Assembly (NCBI GenBank): GCA_030650425.1
Contig: JAUSED010000008.1
Span: 4,554 to 68,553 of the forward strand
Length of the DNA: 64,000 nucleotides
Source: Candidatus Omnitrophota bacterium
Lineage (GTDB): Bacteria; Omnitrophota; Gorgyraeia; Gygaellales; Profunditerraquicolaceae
Direction: 5' to 3'
Shown one piece after another: positions 9,103 through 18,170 of the stretch. The notes under the pieces are model-generated. The model saw only the letters and a list, made by a program, of their open reading frames with translations, had not been told where the DNA came from and made no database searches. The stretch's first letter is position 1, and every line of letters starts with the position of its first letter. Both the position numbers and the translations under genes were made by a program.

Positions 9103-10029
9103 ATGACCAAAGACCTGGTTTCCATAAAAGATTTAAGCAAGGCAGAAATCGAAGAATTATTTAAGCTAACGGATCAACTAAAGAAAAATAAGAATAAATT
9201 TAGCGAGGTTTTAGCCGGTAAGACTTTGGCGCTTATTTTTCAGAAGCCTTCCAACAGGACACGGGTTTCTTTCGAAGTGGGGATGTTTCAATTAGGGGGC
9301 AATTCTTTGTATTTAGCGCCTAATGAGATCAATCTGGGTGTCAGGGAATCTATCGCTGATGTAGCCAAAACTCTCTCCAGATACGTTGACGGAATAGTCT
9401 TAAGGACCTTTGAACATAAGAATTGTCTGGAAATGGCTAAGGGCGCGGGGATACCGGTGATTAACGGGCTTTCGGATTTTTCCCATCCTTGTCAGGCTTT
9501 AGCGGATTTATATACGGTAAAAGAAAAGTTAAAGACTTTTAAGGGGGTTACCCTGGCTTACGTTGGAGATGGTAATAATGTTTGCAACTCATTGCTTTTT
9601 ATCTGCGCGAAATTAGGCGTGAATATGAACGTGAGTTCTCCTAAAGGTTATGAACCAGATAGTACGGTGTTAAAAGATGCCAAGGTTATCGCGAAAACCG
9701 CAGGCTCATTGATAAATTTATTGAGCGATCCATTGCTTGCGGTTAAAAACGCGGATGTGATTTATACGGATGTCTGGGCAAGTATGGGGCAGGAAGAGGA
9801 AGCGAAGGAAAGAAAGGAAGCTTTTAAAGATTTTCAGGTGAATAAGGATTTGATGAAATTAGCCAAGAAAGATGTTTTGATTATGCACTGCCTTCCGGCG
9901 CATAGGGGAGAAGAAATAACCGATGATGTCTTGGATAGCAGGAATGCGGTTGTCTTTGATCAGGCGGAAAATAGATTGCACGTGCAAAAAGCGATTTTAA
10001 TAAGATTACTTAACAACCGTTGCCAGTAG
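9103..10029 (+). CDS. argF: ornithine carbamoyltransferase
   Basis: 308 aa; STRTRVSFE carbamoyl-phosphate motif, HCLP and DVWASMG ornithine-binding motifs. Confidence 0.85.
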   Translation: MTKDLVSIKDLSKAEIEELFKLTDQLKKNKNKFSEVLAGKTLALIFQKPSNRTRVSFEVGMFQLGGNSLYLAPNEINLGVRESIADVAKTLSRYVDGIVLRTFEHKNCLEMAKGAGIPVINGLSDFSHPCQALADLYTVKEKLKTFKGVTLAYVGDGNNVCNSLLFICAKLGVNMNVSSPKGYEPDSTVLKDAKVIAKTAGSLINLLSDPLLAVKNADVIYTDVWASMGQEEEAKERKEAFKDFQVNKDLMKLAKKDVLIMHCLPAHRGEEITDDVLDSRNAVVFDQAENRLHVQKAILIRLLNNRCQ

Positions 10030-10123
10030 GGACTGTTCCCGAAGGGGACTGTCCTCGAAGAACTAGTGTAGCCAGTAGGGACTGTCCCCGCTTTTTGGGG
10101 ACTGTCCCACGACAAGATAAGTA
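10026..10123. repeat. cluster of four GTAG-headed GGGACTGT(T)CCC palindromes + ACGACAAGATAAGTA tail (argF/argG junction)
   Basis: Copies at 10029-10040, 10044-10055, 10078-10089, 10097-10108; third copy followed by GCTTTTTG. Confidence 0.7.
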
Positions 10124-10144
10124 CTATTTGGGAGATAAGTGAAA

Positions 10145-11326
10145 ATGAAAAAAGTTATCTTAGCGTATTCAGGCGGGCTTGATACATCCTGTATCATCAG
10201 ATGGCTAAAGGATAAAGGCTATGAGGTTATCTGCTTTATGGCAGATTTAGGGCAAGGTTTGGGTCAGGGTGAGAATCTGGAAGCGATTGAGTCCCGGGCC
10301 CTCGCAGCCGGAGCATCCAAAGTTTATATCAAGGATTTGCAGGATGAATTCGTGGAAGAATTTGTCTTACCCGCTCTTGCGGCCAATGCTGTTTATGAAG
10401 GAAAATACCTGTTGGCTACTGCTTTGGGCAGGCCGTTAATTGCCAAGTATCTGGTGCAGATAGCGCACAAAGAGAAGGCCACGGCAATCGCGCATGGCTG
10501 CACCGGAAAAGGAAATGATCAGGTAAGGATCGAGGTTGCGGCGGGTATTCTTGATGCAAGCCTGGAGATTATTGCTCCGGTGAGAAGCTGGGAATTCAAA
10601 TCGCGGGAAGAAGAGATAGAATATGCTAAGACACATAGCATCCCGATAGATGTTACCAAGAAAAAACCGTATAGTATTGACAGGAATATCTGGGGGATAA
10701 GTATTGAGGCGGGTGTTTTAGAGGATTTAACGCAGGAGCCTCCGGAAGACGCGTATATGATTACCAAGAGTCCGACTGCTCAGGCAAGTTATCCTAAATA
10801 TATTGAGGTTTATTTTGAAAAAGGCGTGCCGAAGAAGATAGACGGTAAAACCTGTAAATTAAAAAGCCTGATCAGCCATTTGAATGAAGTTGGGGGGTTT
10901 TATGGCGTAGGCAGGTCGGATATGCTTGAAAACAGGTTAGTCGGGATTAAGTCGAGGGAAATTTATGAGGCGCCGGCAGCCACGATTTTACATATCGCGC
11001 ATAAAGAATTAGAGGCGCTGGTTTTAGATAGGGAGTTGGCCCACTTTAAAGATATTATCAGCCTTAAATACGCGGAGTTGGTTTATAATGGACTTTGGTT
11101 TTCTCCTTTGAAAGAGGCACTGGATGCTTTTGTCAAATCTACGCAAAAACATGTAACCGGCTCGATAAGATTAAAATTGTTTAAAGGTAATTGTCTAGCG
11201 GTGGGAAGAAAATCAACACACTCGCTTTATAAAAAAGAATTGAGCACCTACGGTAAAGAAGATAAATTTGACCAGAAATTAGCCGAAGGGTTTATTAAGA
11301 TATGGGGAATGCCCTACAGAAGATGA
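10145..11326 (+). CDS. argG: argininosuccinate synthase
   Basis: ORF track starts at GTG 10139; ATG 10145 gives MKKVILAYSGGLDTS, the canonical ArgG N-terminus. Confidence 0.9.
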   Translation: MKKVILAYSGGLDTSCIIRWLKDKGYEVICFMADLGQGLGQGENLEAIESRALAAGASKVYIKDLQDEFVEEFVLPALAANAVYEGKYLLATALGRPLIAKYLVQIAHKEKATAIAHGCTGKGNDQVRIEVAAGILDASLEIIAPVRSWEFKSREEEIEYAKTHSIPIDVTKKKPYSIDRNIWGISIEAGVLEDLTQEPPEDAYMITKSPTAQASYPKYIEVYFEKGVPKKIDGKTCKLKSLISHLNEVGGFYGVGRSDMLENRLVGIKSREIYEAPAATILHIAHKELEALVLDRELAHFKDIISLKYAELVYNGLWFSPLKEALDAFVKSTQKHVTGSIRLKLFKGNCLAVGRKSTHSLYKKELSTYGKEDKFDQKLAEGFIKIWGMPYRR

Positions 11327-11340
11327 CGCTAGTATAGCCA

Positions 11341-11389
11341 GTAGGGACTGTCCCCGTTTTTTGGGGACTGTCCCACGACAAGATAAGTA
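11341..11389. repeat. GTAG-GGGACTGTCCCC-GTTTTTT-GGGGACTGTCCC-ACGACAAGATAAGTA (argG/argH junction)
   Basis: Near-identical to 10075-10123. Confidence 0.7.
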
Positions 11390-11413
11390 TTGGCACCTAA
11401 ATACAGGAGAGCA

Positions 11414-12802
11414 ATGTCCAAAAAACTTTGGGGCACAAGATTCTCAAAGCAGACAAACGCGTTAACCAACAAGTTTACTTCCAGTATCTCCTTTGATCAG
11501 CGATTGGCTAAGTATGATTGTTTGGGGAGTATCGCGCACGCGAAAATGCTGGGTAAGCAAAGGATTATCCCTAAGGCTGATTCCGCTTTAATGGTTAAGG
11601 GGCTTAACTCTATTTTGCAGGATTTAAAAGGCGGTAAATTTAAATTTGATTTAGGCGCCGAGGATATCCATTCCAATATTCAGGAGGCGTTGGTGAAAAA
11701 GATAGGCAAGGCTGCTTTTAAATTGCATACGGCAAGATCCCGCAACGACCAGATAGCTTTGGATATAAAAATGTATATCAAGGATGAAATAGATAACTTG
11801 GAAGGGTTGATCTCTGAGTTGCAAAAAGCAATTCTCAAGCTCGCGAAGAAGAATTCCGAGGTGATTATCCCCGGCTATACGCATTTACAAGTAGCCCAAT
11901 GCGTATTGCTGGCGCATCATCTTTTGGCTTATATCGAAGGCTTAGAAAGGGATAAGCAAAGATTACTTGATGCGAAAGCGCGGCTGGATGTTATGCCTTT
12001 AGGCGCTTGCGCGTTTTCCGGGACGAGCCTTCCGATTGACAGGAGCTATGTAGCTCGGGAATTAGGCTTTAAAAACGTAACCGCTAATAGTATTGATTCG
12101 GTCAGCGACCGGGATTTTATCATTGAGGCCCTGGCTGCCTTATCCATTTTGTCGGTGCATCTTTCGCGGATGGCCGAGGATCTTATTCTCTGGTCAACCA
12201 AAGAATTCTCATTTATTGATATTGATTTTTCTTTTTGCACCGGTTCAAGCATTATGCCGCACAAAAAGAATCCGGATATACTGGAATTAATCCGGGGCTC
12301 AGTCGGTAAAATCCAGGGTGATCTTTCCAGTGTTTTGATATTGATGAAGGGGTTACCTTCTTCCTATAACCGGGACCTGCAGTTGGATAAACCGCCGCTT
12401 TTTGACGCCATAGATACGGTTAAAGACATTTTGGAGATTTTTGTTGCCTTGTTTGAAAATATTGTGATTGAGAAAGAAGCGATTGCCGGACGCCTGGGCG
12501 ACGAAGCCTTATTTTCAGTTGATGTTGTGGAATACCTGATTAAAAAGGGCATCTCTTATAGAGAGGCGCACGATATTGTCGGCTCAATGGTCAGGGATTG
12601 CTTGGATAAAGGGAGAAAGATTTCATGCTTAAGCGAAAAAGAGTTAAATAAATATTCCCCTAAGCTTAAGACAGATGTAAAAAAGATACTCAATGCTTGG
12701 GTTTCGGTGAATCTTAAGCAATCCTATGGCGGGACAGGTTTTACGCAGGTTAATCTTCAACTTAAAAGATGGAAGAGGTTATTGGAAAGGAGAAAAATAT
12801 GA
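11414..12802 (+). CDS. argH: argininosuccinate lyase
   Basis: ORF track starts at TTG 11390; ATG 11414 (MSKKLWGTRF) with AGGAGA RBS; fumarate-lyase signature GSSIMPHKKNPD. Confidence 0.9.
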   Translation: MSKKLWGTRFSKQTNALTNKFTSSISFDQRLAKYDCLGSIAHAKMLGKQRIIPKADSALMVKGLNSILQDLKGGKFKFDLGAEDIHSNIQEALVKKIGKAAFKLHTARSRNDQIALDIKMYIKDEIDNLEGLISELQKAILKLAKKNSEVIIPGYTHLQVAQCVLLAHHLLAYIEGLERDKQRLLDAKARLDVMPLGACAFSGTSLPIDRSYVARELGFKNVTANSIDSVSDRDFIIEALAALSILSVHLSRMAEDLILWSTKEFSFIDIDFSFCTGSSIMPHKKNPDILELIRGSVGKIQGDLSSVLILMKGLPSSYNRDLQLDKPPLFDAIDTVKDILEIFVALFENIVIEKEAIAGRLGDEALFSVDVVEYLIKKGISYREAHDIVGSMVRDCLDKGRKISCLSEKELNKYSPKLKTDVKKILNAWVSVNLKQSYGGTGFTQVNLQLKRWKRLLERRKI

Positions 12803-13356
12803 CGCGTTTCCGGATTTTAGCTTTGCTTTTTCTTTTCTCTGTTTGCAGCACTGCGTTCCTATCTGCCGCTGATGAGACCCTAACCATTACCACTTATTAT
12901 CCTTCACCGTACGGTAGTTATAATTCTCTTCAAACAAGCACACTTGGCGTGGGAGACAATAACGGCGATACTAAGCTTACTTCTGCTGATGTGCCTACTA
13001 CTGTTGGAGATGTCTGGATTAAAGGCAAGGTCGGCATCGGGACGACGACACCGGGGACGAAGTTGGAGGTGAACGGTCAAATTAAGATCACCGGGGGTAA
13101 CCCTGGAGCAGGTAAAGTTTTGACTTCTGATGCCAATGGAGTGGGGAGTTGGCAGGGGGGGGGAGCTGGATTGGTTCAATATGGGGGTAGTTACTTAGTT
13201 GAATATATGGGTGGCACATGTACTACTCCTAACATAGTAACGAGTAATTGTTCCTGTCCCGCTGGTTATTCAGCTAGGATGATAGCAAAAGGCGAGTATT
13301 ACTATTATCAGCCATGGGATGCTGCTCATTGGGGCTATGCTTGTGAAAAATATTAA
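12799..13356 (+). CDS. secreted Gly/Thr-rich protein with Cys-rich C-terminal module (resembles tail-fibre or adhesin tips); function unknown
   Basis: ATG 12799 overlaps argH stop (ATGA); signal peptide MTRFRILALLFLFSVCSTAFLSA; motif GKVGIGTTTPGTKLEVNGQIKITGG...GKVLTSDANGVGSWQ; 5 Cys in last 45 aa. Confidence 0.55.
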   Translation: MTRFRILALLFLFSVCSTAFLSAADETLTITTYYPSPYGSYNSLQTSTLGVGDNNGDTKLTSADVPTTVGDVWIKGKVGIGTTTPGTKLEVNGQIKITGGNPGAGKVLTSDANGVGSWQGGGAGLVQYGGSYLVEYMGGTCTTPNIVTSNCSCPAGYSARMIAKGEYYYYQPWDAAHWGYACEKY

Positions 13357-13385
13357 TTGCGATAAAATCAAAATTAAATTATTAA

Positions 13386-13444
13386 ATTATAGACGGTTTA
13401 CGGAAGAAAATTATAGAAAATTATAGAATTATAGACGGTGTACG
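13386..13444. repeat. AT-rich tract with direct repeats ATTATAGACGGT(T/G)TACG x2 and (A)ATTATAGA x4
   Basis: Between the Gly-rich protein gene and the MNT-HepT gene; locally much more AT-rich than flanks. Confidence 0.5.
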
Positions 13445-13547
13445 TAACTGCTTAGCGTATAAGATGATAGGAAACAAATACATGAATTTAAAGAAAAAAT
13501 GAAGATAAACGTTAGTGAAGGGAATCACAAAAAATAGGGGTCAGCAA

Positions 13548-14396
13548 ATGTTAAATAAGAGTATAGCGATTCTCAAGAAGTATTTTCTTAATAAACCGGA
13601 TATATCGGCGGCTTTTTTATTCGGCTCTCAGGCAAAGACTTACGCGGGCAAGATTTCAGATTGGGATATCGCGGTCTATTTTTGGCCGAAAGAGGATAAG
13701 AGTGAAATTGAGTGGGAAGAGGCGGGTAAGGCCTATCCCGGAGAGAATAAAATTTGGGATGACCTCGTAGATATACTTAAGACCGATAATGTGGATCTGG
13801 TGGTCTTAAACCGCGCTCCGGCAAACATAGCAGCTTCGGCAATTAGCGAAGGCAGGGCCTTGGTAATTAAAGACAGAAAGGCCTTTTTGGATTTTATGCT
13901 GGTAACTATGCGCCAGGCCGAGGATTATTCTGATTTCGTAGATACCTATTATAAGATCTCCCAACGTTCAAGCTCCCTTGGCCAAAGAGACAGGGAAAAA
14001 TTAAAAAAGATTATAGATTTCTTAAGCCATGAAGTTTCTTCTCAGGAATATTTTTCAAAATTTGATTTCAACGGCTATCAAGATGCCCATAAGCGCCGCG
14101 ATATTGAGCGATGGGTGGAGAATATGATAAATTCCGCCATAGATATAGGAGAGGTTATTTTGGCTTCAGAGAAAAAGAAGATCCCTGATTATTATAAAGA
14201 TGTGTTTGTCCAGCTTGGGTTATTGCCGCAGTTTAGGCAAATGGATGTGGCAAAATTTACCGGCTGGGTTAAGCTGCGGAATATCCTGGCTCACGAATAC
14301 CTTGATCTAAAATGGCAAAAGATAAGTAGTTTTGCCCAAGAATGCAAAACGCATTTTGCGGTATTTTTGGAGGCCGCTAAGGAGTTCTTGAAATAA
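13548..14396 (+). CDS. fused minimal nucleotidyltransferase (MNT) - HepT/DUF86 (HEPN) protein, toxin-antitoxin-like
   Basis: N-terminus GSQAKTYAGKISDWDIAV (GS...DxD nucleotidyltransferase motif); C-terminus RNILAHEY (Rx4HxY HEPN motif); ORF track starts at GTG 13515, ATG 13548 likely. Confidence 0.7.
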   Translation: MLNKSIAILKKYFLNKPDISAAFLFGSQAKTYAGKISDWDIAVYFWPKEDKSEIEWEEAGKAYPGENKIWDDLVDILKTDNVDLVVLNRAPANIAASAISEGRALVIKDRKAFLDFMLVTMRQAEDYSDFVDTYYKISQRSSSLGQRDREKLKKIIDFLSHEVSSQEYFSKFDFNGYQDAHKRRDIERWVENMINSAIDIGEVILASEKKKIPDYYKDVFVQLGLLPQFRQMDVAKFTGWVKLRNILAHEYLDLKWQKISSFAQECKTHFAVFLEAAKEFLK

Positions 14397-14406
14397 AGTA
14401 AATAAA

Positions 14407-14424
14407 GGGACCGTTTCTATTTTT
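14407..14424. repeat. solo left terminal repeat GGGACCGTTTCTATTTTT of the composite-element family
   Basis: No matching right end nearby. Confidence 0.55.
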
Positions 14425-14445
14425 GATTCAGAGGATAAAAAACAA

Positions 14446-15693
14446 ATGCATGAATTCAAATATATTCATAAACAGCTTTATTGCGAAAAATTAAAAGTAG
14501 CAGGCTTAGCGGAAAAATTTGGAACGCCGCTGTATGTCTATAGCTATGATACCTTAGTTGGCCACTTTCTTAAATTGAAGGAGGCTTTTAAATCTATTAA
14601 ACCGTTGATTTGCTATTCGGTAAAAGCCAATTCTAATCTGGCAATTTTGAGAGCATTAGTTAATCAAGGTGCTGGCTTGGATATCGTTTCCGGAGGCGAG
14701 CTTTTCCGGGCAAGGCGCGCCGGTTGTCCGGCAAATAGAATAGTCTATGCTTCGGTAGGTAAAACCGATTACGAAATAAAAGAGGCGATAAAATCAGGAA
14801 TTTTCTTTTTCAATGTGGAGTCATTCCCTGAATTAAAAAATATCCAGCATATCGCCAGAAGGCTTAAAAGGCGGGTGAATGTTGCTTTGCGTATCAATCC
14901 TGATGTTGAGCCTAAAACCCATAAATATATTACTACCGGGAAGCTGACCAATAAATTCGGGATAGATTTTCAAAGCGCTAAACGGATTATTTTACTAGCG
15001 AGAGGTTTTTCGCATGTAAAAATCTCCGGGCTGCACATTCATATCGGCTCACAAATCACTACTCCGGAGCCTTTTGTGGCAGCGATAACCAGAATAATCA
15101 GGTTTATCTTGGTGCTTAAAAAAGAGGGGATCGCCTTGGAATATTTAAATATCGGGGGAGGCCTGGGGATTATTTACGATCGGGAAACGCCTCAGACCGC
15201 GGCCAGATTCGCGGCCAGGATCTTACCCTTATTGAAAAAATCCGGGCTTAAAATAATTATGGAACCGGGCAGGTTTATCGCGGGGAATGCCGGGATATTG
15301 GTGACTAAAGTACTTTATGTCAAAAATACGCCGAAGAAAAAATTTATTATTGTGGATGCCGGAATGAATGATTTAATCCGTCCGGCGTTATATGACGCGT
15401 ATCATAACATTGTTCCTCTACAGAGGACAGAAAACAGAAAACAGGAGGCAGAGAAAGCCGATATTGTCGGCCCTATTTGCGAGAGTGGAGATTTTTTAGC
15501 CAAAGAAAGGATTGTGCCTAATCTGGAAGAAGGAGATTATTTAGCCGTAATGGGCGCCGGGGCATATGGTTTCAGTATGGCCAGTAACTACAATTCCCGG
15601 CGAAGGCCCCAAGAGGTACTCGTAAATAAAGATAAGGTATCTGTAATCCGTAAAAGAGAGTCTTATAAGGATTTAATCCGTAATGAATTGTAA
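14446..15693 (+). CDS. lysA: diaminopimelate decarboxylase
   Basis: 415 aa; fold-III PLP decarboxylase motifs (CYSVKAN, GPICESGD). Confidence 0.88.
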   Translation: MHEFKYIHKQLYCEKLKVAGLAEKFGTPLYVYSYDTLVGHFLKLKEAFKSIKPLICYSVKANSNLAILRALVNQGAGLDIVSGGELFRARRAGCPANRIVYASVGKTDYEIKEAIKSGIFFFNVESFPELKNIQHIARRLKRRVNVALRINPDVEPKTHKYITTGKLTNKFGIDFQSAKRIILLARGFSHVKISGLHIHIGSQITTPEPFVAAITRIIRFILVLKKEGIALEYLNIGGGLGIIYDRETPQTAARFAARILPLLKKSGLKIIMEPGRFIAGNAGILVTKVLYVKNTPKKKFIIVDAGMNDLIRPALYDAYHNIVPLQRTENRKQEAEKADIVGPICESGDFLAKERIVPNLEEGDYLAVMGAGAYGFSMASNYNSRRRPQEVLVNKDKVSVIRKRESYKDLIRNEL

Positions 15694-15755
15694 ATGAAAC
15701 TGTTTCCATTTTGTGAAGGAAACTGTTTCTAGCTCAATCGGGAAAGTGGGTATTG

Positions 15756-16589
15756 ATGATACAGAAAACATTTACTTTTACTAAAATGGTCGCCTCAGGC
15801 AATGATTTCATAGTTTTGGAAGTCAGAAGTCAGAAGTCAGAAGTCAGAAATTTAAAAGATTTGGCAAAGAAAATGTGCGATAGGAAATTTGGGATAGGCG
15901 CAGACGGCCTGCTTGTTTTAGAAAAGTCCAGGAAAGCCGATATCAAAATGCGCATTTTTAACGCCGACGGTTCGGAGGCTGAGATGTGCGGTAACGGCGC
16001 CCGTTGCGCCGCGTATTATTTAAGCCAAAATGTGTCATTGCGAGCCCCGAAGGGGCGAAGCAATCTTAAAATAGAAACTAAGGCCGGAGTTATCGAATCT
16101 ATAGTAAAAGGGAATAACATTAAAATTAATTTAACCGAACCAAGTAATTTAAAATTAGATATACCTATTGGAATAAACAATCGCCTAATAAAAGTTAACT
16201 TCATTAATACCGGTGTCCCCCACGCAGTAATATTCGTGGAAGGGCTTGATCAGATTGATGTTGCAAGTATCGGGAGTAAAATCCGCTATCATAGAAAATT
16301 TATTCCCGTAGGAACGAATGTTGATTTCATGGAAATCCTAAGCAAAGATTCTATAAAGGTAAGGACTTATGAAAGAGGCGTAGAGGATGAGACCTTGGCT
16401 TGTGGTACTGGGAGCGTTGCCGCAGCGCTCATTTTTGCCTTAAAGACAGTTGGCTTAGATAGAATTAACGTAAATACCGAAAGCGGAGACACTTTAAAAG
16501 TTTACTTTAAAAAAGAGAAAAATAAATTTTCAGATGTTTGGCTTGAAGGTAAAGCCGGAATAGTTTACAAAGGAGAATATTATGTTTAA
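15756..16589 (+). CDS. dapF: diaminopimelate epimerase with two in-frame repeat insertions
   Basis: GNDF motif and catalytic Cys regions (EMCGNGARC, ACGTGS); (GAAGTCA)x4 at 15819-15848 and the GTCATTGCGAG hairpin at 16032-16065 are translated in frame. Confidence 0.85.
   Translation: MIQKTFTFTKMVASGNDFIVLEVRSQKSEVRNLKDLAKKMCDRKFGIGADGLLVLEKSRKADIKMRIFNADGSEAEMCGNGARCAAYYLSQNVSLRAPKGRSNLKIETKAGVIESIVKGNNIKINLTEPSNLKLDIPIGINNRLIKVNFINTGVPHAVIFVEGLDQIDVASIGSKIRYHRKFIPVGTNVDFMEILSKDSIKVRTYERGVEDETLACGTGSVAAALIFALKTVGLDRINVNTESGDTLKVYFKKEKNKFSDVWLEGKAGIVYKGEYYV
15819..15848. repeat. (GAAGTCA)x4 tandem heptamer inside dapF, in frame
   Basis: Related to the purine arm of the asd insertion at 2462-2495. 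Confidence 0.6.
16032..16065. repeat. GTGTCATTGCGAG-CCCCGAAGGGGC-GAAGCAATC hairpin inside dapF, in frame
   Basis: Same head as intergenic copies at 3748-3760 and 37648-37660. Confidence 0.65.
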
Positions 16590-17460
16590 GGGTTCTATCA
16601 CAGCCATTGTTACGCCTTTTAAAAACGGCAAGGTCGACGAAAAGAAGCTTGGGGAACTCATCGAATTCCAGATTAAAAACGGTACTTCCGGAATCGTGCC
16701 TTGCGGCACAACCGGAGAATCCGCGACTCTTTCTTTCCAAGAGCATGAGCGCGTAATTGAAATTACTATCGCGCAGGCGGCTAAAAGGGTGCCGGTGATC
16801 GCCGGGACAGGCTCAAACTCTACCGAAGAGGCGATCATCTTGACTAAGCACGCGGCAAGTGCCGGAGCTAACGCCTCTTTGCAAGTCTCTCCATATTATA
16901 ACCGGCCAACGCAACAAGGCCTCTATGAGCATTTCAAGGCAGTTGCCCAATCAGTAAATATCCCGATTATCCTTTATAACATTGCAGCTCGTACCGGAGT
17001 GAATATTGAGCCGGAGACTATCGCCAGGTTAGCCAATGACTGTAAAAATATCGTGGGAGTAAAAGAGGCTTCGGGAAACTTAGAACAGATGTCGCGCGTA
17101 AAAGCGCTTTGTCCGAAAAACTTCGCGTTGATTTCCGGAGATGACGGTTTGACGCTGCCGGTTTTAAGTATCGGCGGCGTAGGGATAATCTCCGTCGTGG
17201 CTAATATTGTTCCGCGGGATGTGGCGGATCTGGTCAGCGTTTTTGAAAAAGGGGATATTAAAGCAGCCCAAACCCTGCATTATAAATTATTACCGTTAGT
17301 CAAAGCGATGTTTATTGAAACTAACCCTATACCAGTGAAGACGGCTATGGGCCTGTTAGGTATGAGTGAAGCGGATTTAAGGTTACCAATGTGCTCAATG
17401 TTACCTGAGAATTTGGAGAAACTTAAAAAAGCGCTAAAAGATTACGGGGTGTTAAGATGA
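16582..17460 (+). CDS. dapA: 4-hydroxy-tetrahydrodipicolinate synthase
   Basis: 292 aa; GTTGES and Schiff-base lysine region of the DapA/NAL family. Confidence 0.88.
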   Translation: MFKGSITAIVTPFKNGKVDEKKLGELIEFQIKNGTSGIVPCGTTGESATLSFQEHERVIEITIAQAAKRVPVIAGTGSNSTEEAIILTKHAASAGANASLQVSPYYNRPTQQGLYEHFKAVAQSVNIPIILYNIAARTGVNIEPETIARLANDCKNIVGVKEASGNLEQMSRVKALCPKNFALISGDDGLTLPVLSIGGVGIISVVANIVPRDVADLVSVFEKGDIKAAQTLHYKLLPLVKAMFIETNPIPVKTAMGLLGMSEADLRLPMCSMLPENLEKLKKALKDYGVLR

Positions 17461-18167
17461 TTAAACTCGGAATCGCTGGTGTCTGCGGCAAAATGGGGAG
17501 GCGGATTTTTGAGTTGGCGTCTTTTGATAAAGATTTTGAATTAACCTTTGGCTTAGAGAAAAAAGGTACTCCGGCAATAGGTAAAGATATAGGTAAGCTG
17601 AAGATATCCTCAAGTCTTGATGGATTATTTCTTGTTGATGTATTCGTGGATTTTACCATCCCGGAGGCAACCGAAATAAATCTTGATTATATCGCTAAAT
17701 ATAGAAAACCTCTTGTATTGGGCACAACAGGTTTAAGCGATGCGCAGATAAAAAAAGTCGAAGAGATTTCCCGGGTTGTTCCGGTTGTCTTTACTCCGAA
17801 TATGGCTATCGGGGTTAATGTTTTATTTTCGATCCTGCCGCAGATCGCTAAAAGGTTAGGCCCGGATTATAGTATTGAAATCGTCGAGGCGCACCATAAA
17901 TCCAAAAAAGACGCTCCTTCGGGAACAGCCAAGAAAATGATAGAGGTGTTGAGCGAGGCTACCGCCAGGCAAATACCCGCTCACTCGATCCGGCTGGGAG
18001 ATATTGTGGGAGACCATACAGTGATCTTCTGTGGAAACTCCGAGCGTATTGAAATCAAACATCAAGCGCATTCGCGGGATTTATTCGCTTTGGGCGCCTT
18101 AAGGGCGGCGAAATGGATTTTCGGCAAACCGGCCGGATTATATTCGATGCAGGACGTACTAAAATAG
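17457..18167 (+). CDS. dapB: 4-hydroxy-tetrahydrodipicolinate reductase
   Basis: 236 aa; GxxGxxG N-terminus, EAHHKSKKDAPSGTA motif; ATGA overlap with dapA. Confidence 0.88.
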   Translation: MIKLGIAGVCGKMGRRIFELASFDKDFELTFGLEKKGTPAIGKDIGKLKISSSLDGLFLVDVFVDFTIPEATEINLDYIAKYRKPLVLGTTGLSDAQIKKVEEISRVVPVVFTPNMAIGVNVLFSILPQIAKRLGPDYSIEIVEAHHKSKKDAPSGTAKKMIEVLSEATARQIPAHSIRLGDIVGDHTVIFCGNSERIEIKHQAHSRDLFALGALRAAKWIFGKPAGLYSMQDVLK

Positions 18168-18170
18168 GGG

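Noticed and set aside
12093-12290. Internal + strand ORF 12093-12290 and other short in-gene ORFs (45465-45671, 59725-59949, 28484-28723, 52595-52834)
   Set aside because: Embedded in alternative frames of confidently identified genes; no independent support
15819-15848. Possible CRISPR array suggested by short tandem GAAGTCA repeats (also 2462-2495)
   Set aside because: Units are 7 nt, contiguous, lack spacers and lie inside coding frames; no cas genes; these are simple tandem/inverted repeats
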